Shown here one piece after another: positions 18,755 to 31,900 of a DNA stretch of 64,000 nt. Source of the DNA: Azolla caroliniana (lineage: Eukaryota; Plantae; Polypodiophyta). The notes below the pieces were generated by a model that saw only the letters and a program-made list of their open reading frames with translations, did no database searches and was not told the origin of the DNA. The stretch's first letter is position 1, and each line of letters begins with the position of its first letter. The translations under genes were made by a program, and so were the position numbers. Location of the stretch: the NCBI GenBank assembly GCA_043228905.1, contig JBHGNT010000004.1, positions 1,860,001 through 1,924,000 on the forward strand. Reading direction: 5' to 3'.

Positions 18755-21700
18755 ACGGCCTTTCGGCCTTTGGCCCGGATGTCCTTTTCTCTATTAGAGG
18801 ATTGGCGGAGTTCGGAGCGGAGGCGGTCAATCTCGGATTCCACCAACTGCACAACCCTCTTTGCTTTTGAGGCGATAGCGGTTTGGGCTTCAACCTCTTC
18901 TCTTAGGGACTGGGCTTTGTTGGTGTTCTCTCTTGGTCGAGATTCCTGCTGCATCGTAGTTGCATTCCATTCCAACTCTGCGATGCGTTCATTGGCCTTT
19001 TGTAGCTCAGCTTGGGTCTGTTTAACCGTTTTCCAGACATTTTTGTTTTTAATCGCCATATCTTGGGTCTGACCTTAGCCATTTCCCTATGAACCTCGAC
19101 GAGGGCCGCATTGAATGGGGGTAGTTCAATTCCCATTCGGCATATACCGACATTCCGCTGTCTGCCTACTCTGGCTAGTGGCCCCTCATCATCGCTTTCC
19201 GCCGTTTGTGTTAGCGCGCGCTCAATCATTTGTTGTTCTGCGTGCTCCTCAGCCATTCGTTGTGAGACTTTTATTTGTTGCGTTGCCAAAAATTCCATGA
19301 GTTCATCAGTAGTTCCGAATTGTAATAGTGCGCCGAACTCATGGGCTGTGTCCGGAATGTCCGGATACTTCAGGACCTCACTTTCCGCCGTAAATACGCC
19401 TTTCCCCCACTGTGACTGGGCCATAATGATCGGCCATGGTTCCCGGATTATTTCGAAAGTGGTGTTGGGCTCTGTAGCTACGGAACTGTCGACCACGGCG
19501 GTCCTCTTTGTGGCCGTGAATGTGTCTTTAACTAATCCGTGCCCATCTTTCCTGTCCAGCCTCCGCCGTTTCGGCCTTGGGCTTCCCTGGTGTTGCTCGG
19601 ACTCCTGCTCCTGCAAAGCTTCCTCCCAATGCTCCGTTTGTTCTTCCTGTGTTGTCCGCGTGCTAGGCTGGGCTGATTGGGGTTCATCCTCCCATTCCGT
19701 GGTGGCCAACTCCGCTAACCTCAGTTTTGTTGGAGGTGGCGGCAGCATGAGTTTGCTAGGCTATGCTGCGGGCAGATCTCAAGGTGGGAACAGTATCGTC
19801 AGATACTGTTGTATGATTGGCCTTCGCTTCTTGCCTCCTTGATATGTGTGCAGGCCTTCCCGTAACGTTGGTCCCATGATGACCCCCCCATCGACCATGC
19901 GCCCTTCGAAGGTATCAATGATGATGCATGCCTTCTACTTTGACATCCCATAGGCATTTACATGCACGCATTTAACCTCCAACAAGAACTTGCTTATTTC
20001 GCGAAAAAAGGGGTCGGGGATTTCCTTCGTCCTGTATGCCTTGGCGGACGCTGAATATGCCCTGAAATATCTCTACAAGGTCTCCAAGCGATGACAGGTC
20101 AAGCTTCTTCCGGATGGATGTGTTCGTGACCGTGTCTGTATTGAGTTTCCTATCAATGTCCAGGGCTTCAGGGTGAGCGGGTGCCTCGGCGACTTTGATG
20201 TATCCATCCAGACGCTTTTTGACGAGCCATCTACGCAGGGTGGCAGAAATAGGGATCGGCATAGTGGGTGGGTGAGACTCGTGGGTAGAGGGAGAGGTAT
20301 GTTGGCTATGGCAAAAGTGAGCTCTGTGGTATGATGGAGAGGAAGGTGAGTGAGGAGAGCGATGAGAGCGATGAGGGTTAGACTCTTGGTTTCTGTACTA
20401 TGCAGAAAACCTTCTATTTTCTTCTTTTTGTGGCCTAGGGTTCATTGGTCTGTGAGCCATCATGGTGCCGCGTGTTCTTGCTCTAGAAGTTTGTGCATCC
20501 ATGAAGTCTTTTTAATAGCGTCACTATCTTCTCTTCTTCTTCTTCTTCTTCTTCTATAACGATCACATACAATATTATGTTTACACTATAGTACAAGTAG
20601 GTCTCTATAATTACTCCACGGATTCTCCGGCTTTGTCTTGTCCAACGGGGAATGGGTTAGGTGGCATAGGTCCCAGGTAAGGTTTTAGGCGAAACCCATT
20701 CACCTTTTGTCGTAGCACTTCTCCGATCAGGGTGCCAAGTTGAAACGTGTCGTTTTCCGCTCCAACTATCCAGTACGGTCCTGTCCAGCGGAATCTTAAT
20801 TTTCCTGGCATTTGCCCCATGCGTGTTTGAAAAACTAATACCGCCTTCCCAACTGTAAAATCCTTTTCACGTGCATGCCGGTGTTGGTCCACGAATGCTT
20901 TGCACCGCCGTTGTTCCTATTCCAATATGGCCATACTACGTAACCGTGTTTCGTCTAGTTCTAACAATTGTTGTAGCCATATTCGTTCGGATTTGTCCTC
21001 TGGCAGTCGTTCTCCTACTTGAATCCACAGACTGGGTACCTGGAATTCGATTGGCATTACGGCCTCCAACCCAAATGCTAGCCCGAAAGGCGTGGATTGT
21101 ATGATTGTCTTATAGCTGGTTTGATATGCCCATAATGCGCTGTGCAATTTGGTATCCCAATCTGTTCAGTTCTCATTGACTATCTTTTTTAGGATAGTTT
21201 GTAATGTCTTGTTCGTGGATTCGGTCAAGCCATTTGCTTGTGGGTAATATGGCATACTCTTTTTGTGAACCACAGCGTAGTGTTGGGTCAGTTCGCTGAT
21301 GACCTTTTTCAAAAAGTAACTCCCTTGGTCACTAATGAGCTCAATATGGCAACCAAAACGACACTAGATATGTTTGTAAAGGAATTTTGTCGTGACTACC
21401 GTGGTATTTTCGCGTAGTGGTTTCGCTTCTACCCACTTGGCGCTGTAATCTGTAGCCACCAAGATATACTTATTGCCGGTTCAGGTAGCCGCCGGGGTAA
21501 AGGGTCCCACAAAATCCAACCCCCACTTTTGGAAAGGATCCAACGGCAACACCGGTTACTGTGGCATTCTCGCGACTTTCGTGGGATGGCCCATCCATTG
21601 GCATAAATCACACTGTTTGCAATATTCATACGCATCCTTTTGCGTAGTCGGCCACCAAAGTCTTGCTTGCCAGATTTTTCGGGCCGTAACATCGCTCGCG

Positions 21701-22178
21701 TAATGTCCTCCCGCCGTACCATAGTGAGCTTCGCGTAAAACCATTGCCTTCTCATCCTGCTGTATTCCGCGCCTCCAGATGTCGTCACTGCCTTTGTGAT
21801 ATATGACGTCTTCGACTATACAGAAATTACGACTCCGGACGGCCAACCATTTTTTCTCGTTTGTCCTTAATTGTGGTGGCGGTAACCCCATGGTCAAAAA
21901 GTAGGTCATTTCCATAAACCATCGATCCGGAAAAGTCTTTTCTGTTCTTGTTGCTAAAGTTGCTATATGCAGGATGTCTGCATCCGGAAAGTCGTCGTCT
22001 TCTTTTTGCGCCATTTCTCCATTATCTAATCTGCTCAAGAAATCTGCTACCGTGTATTGTGTACCCGGTCGGTGCTGCATTACAAAGTCAAATTCTTGGA
22101 GCAACAACATCCATCTAGCCAATTTTCCTATCAGCGCCTGTTTCCCCACCAGATATAGCAATGTCGAATGATCCACAT

Positions 22179-22994
22179 TGTCACGTTGTTACACGCGTGC
22201 ATTAGAACGAGGCGAGACCACGGGGGTCTTGGACCGAGGAGCAAGAGAGCAGGAGGGGAGCGAGAAAAACAACGATTATGCTTCGCACTCACACAAATAC
22301 ACAGAAACCGTTGTCGTGAAGATTTTCGTCCACAAGCGGAAACCCGAGCAACGAGAGCCAAAGAGCGATGTGCAACGTTGCACACGTACATAATGTATTT
22401 GTAATAATAATAAGGGTAAAGGGTATGGTGCTAGAAATGCCCCATAAGATCCCTAAGGTATAAAGGTGATGTGGTCTTGTGCGCAAATCCACGCGAGAGA
22501 GAGAGAGAGAGGTACTATGTGATACATAGGTACCTAGTTGTTTGTGAGGAGGTGGGAGTTAAGGGGGCTATCAATCTCACCCTCCCCCCAAATCAAGGCA
22601 AATATCCCCTTTGAATGAAAGGGGATATTTTAGTCTCACTTTTGTAAACGGTCTTCCCTCCTTGTGCTATAAAAGGAGAGGGAAGGCACCATTGTGGGGG
22701 TTGCCTATTTTGAGTGTGCGAGGTATACCACATAGGTCGAGCGTTAGGGTTAGGGTTAGGGTTTCTTTATCGTGATCTTCATCTTCGTCGGTTAGGGTTT
22801 CGAGTAGTCGTTTGGTGCGGCCTATGCGGCCACCGTTTTGTAATCTACCTAACAAATGCGTGCTACCTAGGATATTCACATCTGCCGACTTGTACCTAAA
22901 TATATATATTACAACAAAACTTGTGCCTACGTATAAGGGCCAGTTCGCGCACATTATTCTCCGATTCCGCCTAGAGACGGTTTTCTCCACGACA
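22179..22994 (-). mobile_element. Solo LTR, TGTCGTGAAG family (reverse orientation), carrying a truncated same-family LTR at 22312-~22846 on the plus strand
   Basis: Ends match the LTR at 59088-59791 in reverse complement. TSD ACAT/ATGT is consistent with ACGT after CpG decay, restoring host FTFHVDH. An internal TGTCGTGAAGAT at 22312 is preceded by CCGT. Confidence 0.85.
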
Positions 22995-24623
22995 ATGTGA
23001 AACGTGAATTTTCGCCCTACTAGATAATGTCGGAATTTGTTGATGATGTATATCATACCCAACGCTTCACGTTCTGTTGTGGAATAGTTACGCTCAACCA
23101 TTGATAGTTTCGAACTGGCGTAGTACACTGGTCGGTACCAATTCGGCTCCGTGAGCTGCATCAACGCACTACCTATTGCTATATCCAAGGCATCCACAAA
23201 CACGTGAAGTGGCTTCGCCCAATCTTGTGGTTGTACAACCGGGCCCCGCTAGTGACGTCGAAGGTGCATTTGGCGGGATTCAGGCTTCAGCGTGAAGTTC
23301 GGCAACGCTCCAGGCAAAGCTGTAGATGCGTAAAATGTTCGGTTGTTGTCTCATATATTGCAAAATCTTCTAAAAAGACCTGCATGAAGGTAGGTATATA
23401 TTCCCCAAAAATCTCTGTGATTGTCCGCTGAAATGTAGCCGGCGTCGTCTTTAGCCCGAACATCATGATGACCGCGACATAAACTCCCCAGGATGTGACA
23501 AACGCCGTCTTCTCTTGGTCATCGAGGTGCATGCGTACTTGATTGTACCCACTGAAGCCATCTAGAAAGTTGTACATGTCATGCCCTGCGACTACATCCA
23601 ATACGCTGTCACTGAAAGGTAAAGGGAACATGTTTGTAATGGTTATGGTGTTACACACGTATTTTGCCATTTTTCTTTGGTACGCCTACTATCGGGCTTA
23701 GCCATGTAGCTTGCTTTACTAGTCAAATGAATCCGGCCTTGAGAAGTTTGTCAAGTTCCTCTTTTACACGAGCCGTGTAACTTGGATTTATGCGGTATTG
23801 ACGCTACTGGACTAGTTTTGCATCAGTCGCCAAATTGATCTTATGTTGATAGAACTTCGGATCTAATCCCTCCATGTCCTCGTGGGACCAAGCGAACACA
23901 TCTTTATACTTCCTGAGTAGTGCTATCATCGCCTCTCTCTGATCCGGTAGTAACTCTTCTGCGATGGAGAGGAATTGGGGGTCTAACGTCATACCTACGT
24001 TCACTTCTTCTTGGGTTGAGGTAGTGACTTGTCATGAAATTTCCATTTCCCTCTCGAACGCCACTCACGCTCTGCTTAATTCTAATATCGACTCTGGGTT
24101 TCATAAGCCTCGTCGTGGAGCGCAGTAGGCGTGGCATAATCCACCGCAGTTTCTATTACGTCGATTTCGAATAGCGGAATGATTCAGGGCTGCTCATCAA
24201 GGTATGCTTCTAATTCTCTATCATCCACCCCATCCAACATATTTATATCTTCCGCGTATAACGGTGTTATCCCCTTGGGTTGTGCCACCATTTTCTATGT
24301 GGGTACGTGAACCTTGGTGCGTCCGCGTCGAAAACTGATGCACTTATGTTGCCAGCTCTATTTGATATTTGCCGAACGAAGCCAAGGTTTGCCAAGCAGC
24401 ATAGGATACGCTCCTGGGGCGTCGAGGGCAAGCACTGCCGCCAAGATGTCGAAGCAATGTCCGCCGATGATGATGCCTAATTTTCGGATTAAGCCTAAAG
24501 GCCTTACTGAGCGGGTATCCACCATGCAAAGCACAAATGGGCAAGCTTCCCATTCTAAAATTCCCAATTGTTCGCATGTCTTCGCGCTAATTACATTGAC
24601 ACCACAGCCTCCGTCAATTACGC

Positions 24624-25682
24624 TGTCGTGAAGATTTTCGGCAATAGTGTGAAAATCCTATAAAACGTACGAAATCGAGTATGAATCACATAGTACAATA
24701 ATTGTGAAGATAACATTTTAAATAGATTTAATATCTAAGTACAAAATGATGGAGGTTTCGAATGCACTTTATTACACGAGAAACGGACAACTAAATGTCA
24801 AGATATGAGGGTATAAAGTTTGTAAAAGGAAAGGAGAAAATTGTGAGATATCCCACATAGGCACGACAAATACAGCTCTCATCATATATAAGGTGGAGCA
24901 AAATATATTATCTTTATGTCTATGTGTGGAGCATAGAGAGTTCAAGGTAACTTGAACTAAGAGTAGAGGAGGCCTAGCTACTCGTAAAGGGTTTTGGCCA
25001 ACCAAAACCGGACCGGCGGTGGCACCGGTATCCGACGGCATCCGGCGGCATCCGGCACCGGTATCCGGCGGGGCACCGATAACCGACGGCATCCGGCGAG
25101 GCACCGGTAACCGACAACATCCGGCGGCGGCACTGGTATCCGGCGGTGGCATTCGGTGAACCGACGTCCGACGACTAGATAAATAAATATATAAATATAT
25201 ATACATATTTACATATACAAGGAGGGCAAGTAAGGATTCGAACCTTGCACCTCCAAGTTAGGAGTCAAATGGCTTACCATTAAGCCATGCTATTTAATTG
25301 AAATTATATTTTTGTACTTTTACATGTAAATTCTCATACATGAGAACTAAAATGAGTGACATGGTTATCATGCACCACATGTAATACAGAAGCGCCAAAT
25401 GGCAAACATGCAATTTATGCATGTCTTGTACCCTCACATGCATCATATGCATGAGAGCATCTATAAAAGAGGGAAGGGGGAGGAGAAAAAACACGGTTTT
25501 TTTTATGAAAATTAAGAAGAAGAAATTCGTTATCAAATCAATCATGTAATCTCATCTTCTCTCTTTCCCAATCTATCTTAAGTACTTTCTCGCCAAAGCT
25601 TGTATCGACTCTAAATCCTTCTGGTCCAGAACCCCGGCGGTTCCGCCTCACGATCCGCGCGTAGTGACGGATCTTCATGACA
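24624..25682 (+). mobile_element. Solo LTR, TGTCGTGAAG family, inserted in the protease active-site region
   Basis: TGTCGTGAAGAT...ATCTTCATGACA, TSD ACGC/ACGC, TATA box ~25461, internal GC-rich tandem repeats 25008-25170; host GCV|IDGG rejoins. Confidence 0.88.
25221..25290 (-). ncRNA. tRNA-derived (SINE-head-like) sequence with Pol III A and B boxes inside an LTR
   Basis: Minus strand TGGCTT-AATGGT-AAGCCA (D-arm/A box) and AAGG-TTCGAAT-CCTT (T-arm/B box). Acceptor and anticodon stems do not pair, so it is not a functional tRNA. Confidence 0.55.
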
Positions 25683-27590
25683 ACGCATCCTGTGATTTCC
25701 TGACCGTGTAATACCAACTTAATAGCTAGATTGTGGTGATCCACCACAATTGGTCTGGTGCTGGTGTCTGTAAAGTTGGCAGAGACGCTTACCCCAGGTC
25801 TGCCAGTTATGCGATCCTCTATGGCTTGGCGGAACCGTGGAACTAGTTGAAGTAGCTTCTCCATGGTCAGTGTTATTTCGTAGCCTGCCAGTGCTTGCCA
25901 TATGGGATCCAGAGATATTACGTCTTCCTCCAATGGCCCAACATTGTTCGCGGACTCCTGCCGCATGCGTTCCATATTGGCCACGTTCGCTTTTTCGGCC
26001 CATGCTTGGGCCGTCTGACGTATCTCATCTTGCGCGGCTCAATCAATATTTTTCGTTTGCTGTCTTGTCATAACTAGCTGAACTTCCTCCATAATCGTAT
26101 TGATGGCGGGGTCCTTGCCCTTGCAGAGTGGACATTGAGTGGCATAATGTCCGGGCTGTTGGCAAACGAAACAATGGACACTAGATTTGCCTTTTTCAGT
26201 AGTTGGTGGCGTGTTCCTATCCCCAAGTGGGGACTTGCTCCTCCCGGTCTTGGTTCATTCTTCTGAAAGTCCGCGGTGGTTGTTGTTGGTCCCGGCGCGG
26301 CTCCTGGTGCCGGTCATCGTCCGAACATTCGTCATAACTCCATTGGTCCCTATACTTATCGATGTTTCCCGCGAGGCCCATTGAAGCAACCACGTTTGTT
26401 CGCCGGACCGTAGTTTTCATAACGTTATCCTCCTTTATTATATCTGCGGTTGCCCCAGTAGTCTTCGTCGTCTAGTTCTTCTTCCAAGGAATCGTTGTTA
26501 TTCCAGCGATTCTTGTAGTGTCGGTCATCACATGGATTCCAATCCGTATACCGGGGTCGTTCTTCTTGGTGCCTTTGATCATTACGGCGAGGTGGTTGTT
26601 GTGTTTCTACGCTTCGTGTTGTGGCCGTGGGTCTGTTCAACATATTGTACTCACACTGCTCAACCGTGTGTGCTTTCAAGTGACAGATTGGGCAGTGGAT
26701 TCGCATGTTGCATTCCACTACGGGATGTCCAGAATTGAGGCAAATCGTGCACTGGATTGCCTAGCGAAAATGTCGTTCCTCGTCCTGAGGTAATGCTTGT
26801 CGTAACGAGGACATAGAAAACCTTTCCTCTTCTTCGTCGAGCTCGAGCTGTAACGCTCGTTCTATGACCATATCAACTGTTTCGCCTTTCGCGCTATTGT
26901 TGTTGAGCGTCGTCTGTATCGATCGCCGTAAGGTTGCCAGAAATGTCTGCCCAGCCTCGTCCTCTATCGGGCCCCATTCTAATTTCCGCCGCAAATTTTG
27001 GAAGCGTAAACTGAAGTCCGCTATAGTCTTGGCTGGCAACTGTTTGATTGTATAGAACTGCCCGAGGATTTCGTGTTGCAGCACCCTCCAATGAAAGAAC
27101 CGCAGAAAGGCCGACTGCAGTTGGTCGAAGGTCGTGATTGTTGGCAGATCCATCTGTGAATGCCAAAATGCAGCTCTACCATCCAACGTTAATCCAAACT
27201 CTGTCATTTTGGACTGATGTGCTACCTCTTCTGGAAGTCTCTGCGCCATGTGATACGCATTCCAGACATTCAGGAACAGGCGAATGTGGGTTGCGGCGTC
27301 TGTTTCGCCGTTGAAACGGGGATAGGAGAAGGCCATGCTAGACGCTAAGGTGGACAGGGGAAGACCACCATACTTGTGTGGTGATGGAACTTCTGGCGTG
27401 TCGCCGGGGTATTTGGTGAGTGGGGGGGGGCGATTTCTGGTACCGATAGATATCACTGAGGTCACTGAGGCGAGGTTTTTGCCTTGCGTGTGATGGACCT
27501 TGTGACTGGTCGGTCGTATCGTGTTGGTTCTCTGGGACATCTATGGCTAAACATCCATTCGTCATTGTTCGTCTGTGAGAAGACACAAAT

Positions 27591-27604
27591 CACCAAGCGT
27601 GCCA
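27591..27604 (-). promoter_or_regulatory. Primer-binding site (tRNA-Arg type) of the 16182-28077 element
   Basis: TGGCACGCTTGGTG on the minus strand, 4 nt inside the 5' LTR and upstream of gag; resembles the TGGCACGCC tRNA-Arg PBS of Tat/Ogre elements. Confidence 0.75.
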
Positions 27605-28930
27605 AACGTGTTACCAATTAGGAACACTGTCTACGGTCAGTCCTTCGACCTAGAGCTCAAGGTGACTGCGGTTGCAAGGAATGGTACCGTCGTACCGTAA
27701 TACGTAATGGGATACTTCCCCGTATCTTGGTAGTGTATAAGGGAGACGGCTACAACCGAACTCCTTAGAAAGTGCACTTAGTATCCGCACTTACGCCTAC
27801 ACCTTTAAGATTACACTCCGCCACAGAGAACAAAGAACACAGTAGATAAAACCACAAATATGCACAGAAATCAGAGAAGATAGTATTCTATTAGAATAAC
27901 GCTCTAGGCACCAAAATTACACGCTACCTCTTATAGAGGATTTCTACCCTTTATATACATAGGGTCTTTTAGTCGTTCACACTTCCCGCGTGAACCGTTA
28001 CATGTGTTTCTTACGCTTTTACTATATTCTAATATTTCTGCGCTTCTGTCCGTCGGTTACTATTCCGGTGGACAACAGAATGCCTTTCAAAGGTTGATAA
28101 ACCAAACCATCTCCCTAGAAATACCTCTAGCTAATGAGGTATTAGCCTTGTTGGTGCAAGGCTATCTTCCATGCAGTTGGGAGACACTTGTGGTGACCTT
28201 GGGTAACTCAGCACCACAAGGAAAACAACAGACCTTAGACATGTTCAAGTTGAGTTTGCTTAATGAAGAAACTCGAGGAAAGGACAAAGATTCCAACTCT
28301 AACTATAAGGCTCTATTCACTGAAAGGACAAATAGAAATAAATCCAAATCTAGGTCGAAGTCCAGAGGAAGGCTCACACACTTCTACTATGGGAAGTCGG
28401 GGCATTTCCAAAAGAATTGTTGGCACTTTAGAAAGGACAAAGGAGGAAGCTATGGGTGTTGAGTCGAAAAAGATTCCAGGTAGCAAGAACACCTCAACAA
28501 TTGCTACAAGTGAAGAGGAGTTGTTGTTTGTCAGTGAACAAAGCTATGTAAACCTCGCAAGTGATGAATCCACTTGGGTAGTCGATTCGGGTGCGTTGTT
28601 CTAGCCTTTGTCTCATGTGGCCCAGCCTCTTGTGCCACAACTACCCGGTTGTATTGGCTACTACATTTACCTCGTTCTGGCACAATCATGCATGCAACAC
28701 ACACATACAACGTATTTTGCTTTTGGGCACAAGCCACTATCAAATTCCCTTTGCGGAATTTCCACATGCCTCTTTGAAAGCTACCACTATAGCCTTCATC
28801 ATCTAGCCGTTTGGATGATATCAGATTCAGTCTAATATCCAGAACATGGCGAACATCTTTTAGCAACATTTTGCAACCTGTAGAAGTCAACAAACATACA
28901 TTACCAATACCCACAATCTTGGATGCACGG

Positions 28931-31900
28931 TGTCGTGAAGATTTCCGGCCATAGTGTGAAACCGAGGTGGAATGGGCAAGTCGGCAATGTGCAACATTGC
29001 ACATGTATAGTAGTAAAATGGCATATAGAATAAGGGGGAGAATTTGGTTGGCTTCGGCAAAGACCCACCGAGGCGCAATGAAGGCGTTCCGAGAGTTCGA
29101 GTGATGGCTTACTCGGCTCCCGGAGCGGGAGCAAAGTCTAGTGGGGGCAGATAAAGTCCTATTGTTTGTTAGGTTGATAGACCGAACGGAACGGGAGGCC
29201 ATCGGGATTGAGCTCGAAGACGATGACGGAACGAATGGCCTTACTGAGGACTGGTCGAAGGTCGGAAGGGTATGCCAACGGCTAGATGACGACCGAGTCG
29301 AGAAGGCTAGGACAAAGGCGCGCGACGGCGTGCCATCACAGCTGGAAGAGGCCTAATGGCAAAGAGAGTCGGAAAGGGTCGGCTTCGGGGCCAAGATTGC
29401 GAAGGCATACGCAACTCTCGAGGCAATGCTCGAGGAAGAGGAAAGATCGAGACCGCAAGCCGACGCCGAGGAGATGGACTTGCCCCACGAGATGACAGAA
29501 GACCGGTACCACGGTACCACGGGAGAGGGTGCAGAACAAACAGCCCTATCGGATTGCGGAGATAGAATGGTCGAGGACAAGGCCGAGATACCAACCGCAG
29601 AATCGGGAAATTGGGACCGGCGATTTCGGGCACGTTAGCCCGAAATTCCGTACGTTGGAGAAGCAAGCCCAAGCGGGGCTTTCGCGATCGGTAAGAAGTT
29701 GACCACCGACCACGAGGAGCCGGTGGCTACGGACAAGGGCGCAAATAGGACAGGCGATTCTACGCGTCTTCCCACACTTGTTCCCAAGATCATGGCAATC
29801 GGGTCTGAGTTCCCACGTGAGTCCTAGGAGGAGGAAGGCGGCGATGGGAGATCGAGAATCGCCGGCGAGATGATGCGAGGAAGGAGCGGACGAAAACCCT
29901 CGGAAACGATTCTAGAGAACTCGGCATTCGGGCCCTTATGCCTAGTGAGACCGAGGAGATGGATGATGGTGTCGAGGAGTCCTGGCACGATGCCAGCGAA
30001 GAAGGATGGGAGATAGCCCGCGAGAAGGTCGACGAAGGAACCAAGGAATGACCCAACCGGGGACCAAACCGCGTGGCACTCCGATTCGGGTGGGGTGCGA
30101 TCCGGTCGTAGATTGTTCGACCGGGGCTAGGATCGGCATGAAGCTGCCGATATGGGAGAGGGTGCAGAATGAGCCGCCCTCTTTTACATGGGGAGAAAGA
30201 CCGACCGGGCGAAGGTCGGGAATCAAAAGGGTGATGATCAAGGGTTCAAAACGAGTCCGGCAAGATCGGCATCGGAGCCGAAACTCCGAACATTGGAGAA
30301 TCAAGCCCAAGTGGGGCTTGGTTGATCACAGAGCGGATGCTATCCACTAACACCACTAAAAGGGTCGGTGGCCCGAGACAAGTCGCCGAAAGACGTTACG
30401 AAATCAGTTACCCCACATCTTGATCGGAGACTTCGGCAGTTCAAGGCAACAAGGCAACGTGAGTCTGAAAGAGAAGGGAGATGGAAGGGAAGCGCAAAGA
30501 AGGGATTAACGGCGACAGGGAGAAATGGGAGAGGCAGTTGACTGAAGTATGGGTCCTTGACACTCGTTCCCGAGACTTAGGCGGTTGCGTCCAAGGACCG
30601 ACGGAAGACCTAAGAGACGGAAGGTGGCGGCGAGGACGCGGAGGTCACGGCCAATACAACCAACCCAGATGGGGAAAACGAAAACATGTCCTATGGGTCG
30701 CCTCACACCGGGCTAGAGACATCGGCGGTCGGCATCGGATCCAACATACGACCAAGACACTGATGGTGGCGGCAAGCGAACGGGACCCGACAATGCAAAG
30801 TGACGGTCAGACCGACCGAGAACCGAGCGGAGCAGGCTTCCGGATAACCGATCCGGAAGAGAAGAAGAGGTAGGCCTACAAAGAGGCCGGAACACGGTAC
30901 ATCGGTACCACGGGAGAGGGTGCGGAGCGAGCCACCCTCTCGACATGCAGAGAAGGATGACCCGGGAGAGCATCAGGAAGACGACGAGGCCCAAGGATGA
31001 TCCTTCACACCGGATCTAGAGACTTTGGCAATCGGTGGCAGAGCCGACGTAAGGCCAAGAGACTGACGGTGGTGGCGAGGGGACGATGACGGAAGGCAAG
31101 GAAGGGGCGAGCTTATGGGTTCCTCACACCAATCCGGAAACACGGGCAGTTCAAGCCGACATGGCAACGTGAGCCCGAGTGTGAAAGATGGTGGCGGCAG
31201 GAAACAGGAATCGACGATATGGGAAGTGCAGAAGGGAAGGTCCCACGGAGATCCTCACACCGATCCGGTGGTCCGCTGAGTGCCAGCGTGAGTCCTAAAG
31301 GAAAGGACGGTTGCAATGGGTGAACGTGATCGGACGACGGGGCAGAGCGGCGAGGAGGTATCCGGCCGGCGAGGCGGCCACTAACCGAAACCGGGCCGGA
31401 AGAACGAAAGAAGGACCGGTCCTATGGGTTCCTCACATCAATCCAGAGACACCGGCAGTTCAAGCCGACGTGGCAACGTGAGACCAAGTGAGAAGGATGG
31501 TTGCGGCAGGAAACGGGAACCAGCAATGCAGGTAGAGCGGACCAGGAGCCAACAAGGCTGGAGTTGACAGGCCCGAACCCTTACCAGCCGGTTACGATTT
31601 CGGAAGGAAGCCGGTAAAGGTAAGCACGGAGTGGAACAAGAGACGTGCGAGTGGCCATTGAGGGCCGAAGCAAGCACGAGCACGAGACGTCATTCAGCAC
31701 GAGCGGTGCCGAATAAGGGAGGCAGAAGACGCCACTCGGCACAGTGACCATAGAAGGAACAAGGAGTGCATATTGGAGTCACCTAAGGACCGAGGAACGA
31801 ACGCGCATTCGGGAAACGATAACGGAACACGAGAAGAACCTACGGAAGGCGAGCGCGGAACAAAGGGGGTCGGTATGAGGTGTTCGGGGTGAGCAGAAGG

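Larger units (their letters stand above)
16719..20262 (-). pseudogene. Additional ORF downstream of pol in the Gypsy element (coiled-coil, acidic Pro/Thr/Glu-rich tail), frameshifted and split by two solo LTRs
   Basis: Pieces 20262-19972, 19748-18903, 19059-18755, 18004-17895, 17845-17236, 16881-16719. The frame rejoins across the 16882-17235 insertion (PTESSQ-TDEPVEPG...EPNI*). Confidence 0.7.
16182..28077 (-). mobile_element. Full-length non-chromoviral (Athila/Tat-like) Ty3/Gypsy element with an extra 3' ORF; degenerate, with nested solo LTRs
   Basis: 469-bp direct LTRs 16182-16650 and 27609-28077 (about 24 mismatches by eye), TG...CA ends, TSD GAATG on both sides, inside Copia gag. Minus-strand gag 27540-26761, CCHC knuckles (~26690, ~26160), protease VIDGGCGVN (split by an insertion), RT (FLDGFSGYNQ), RNase H (NYSTTEREAL), integrase (QKWGLDFVGP, WTGPY) ending 20611. 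Confidence 0.95.
9729..28930 (+). mobile_element. Degenerate Tnt1/Tork-like Ty1/Copia element hosting nested insertions
   Basis: tRNA-iMet PBS TGGTATCAAAGC at 15775. Gag runs ~15830-16181 and resumes at 28083 (MVEHQN|AFQRLINQ), followed by a degenerate zinc knuckle and protease TWVVDSGA at ~28575. Homologous to the Copia at 61713 onward. The LTR start at 9729 is tentative; the LTR is split by the Gypsy at 9986-15225. Confidence 0.7.

Noticed and set aside
19111-19842. 243-aa plus-strand ORF as a Tat-like antisense gene
   Set aside because: Shadow of the minus-strand accessory ORF; Ser/Cys-rich composition typical of a reverse frame.
22744-22762. (TTAGGG)3 telomere-like repeat
   Set aside because: Short telo-box-like run downstream of an LTR TATA box; common in plant LTRs.
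24624-25682. Possible Ginger-like DNA transposon or MITE (12-bp terminal inverted repeat, 4-bp TSD)
   Set aside because: Start and U5 motif match LTRs that elsewhere are followed by a PBS and gag (59088) or preceded by a PPT (32218); a solo LTR is the simpler reading.
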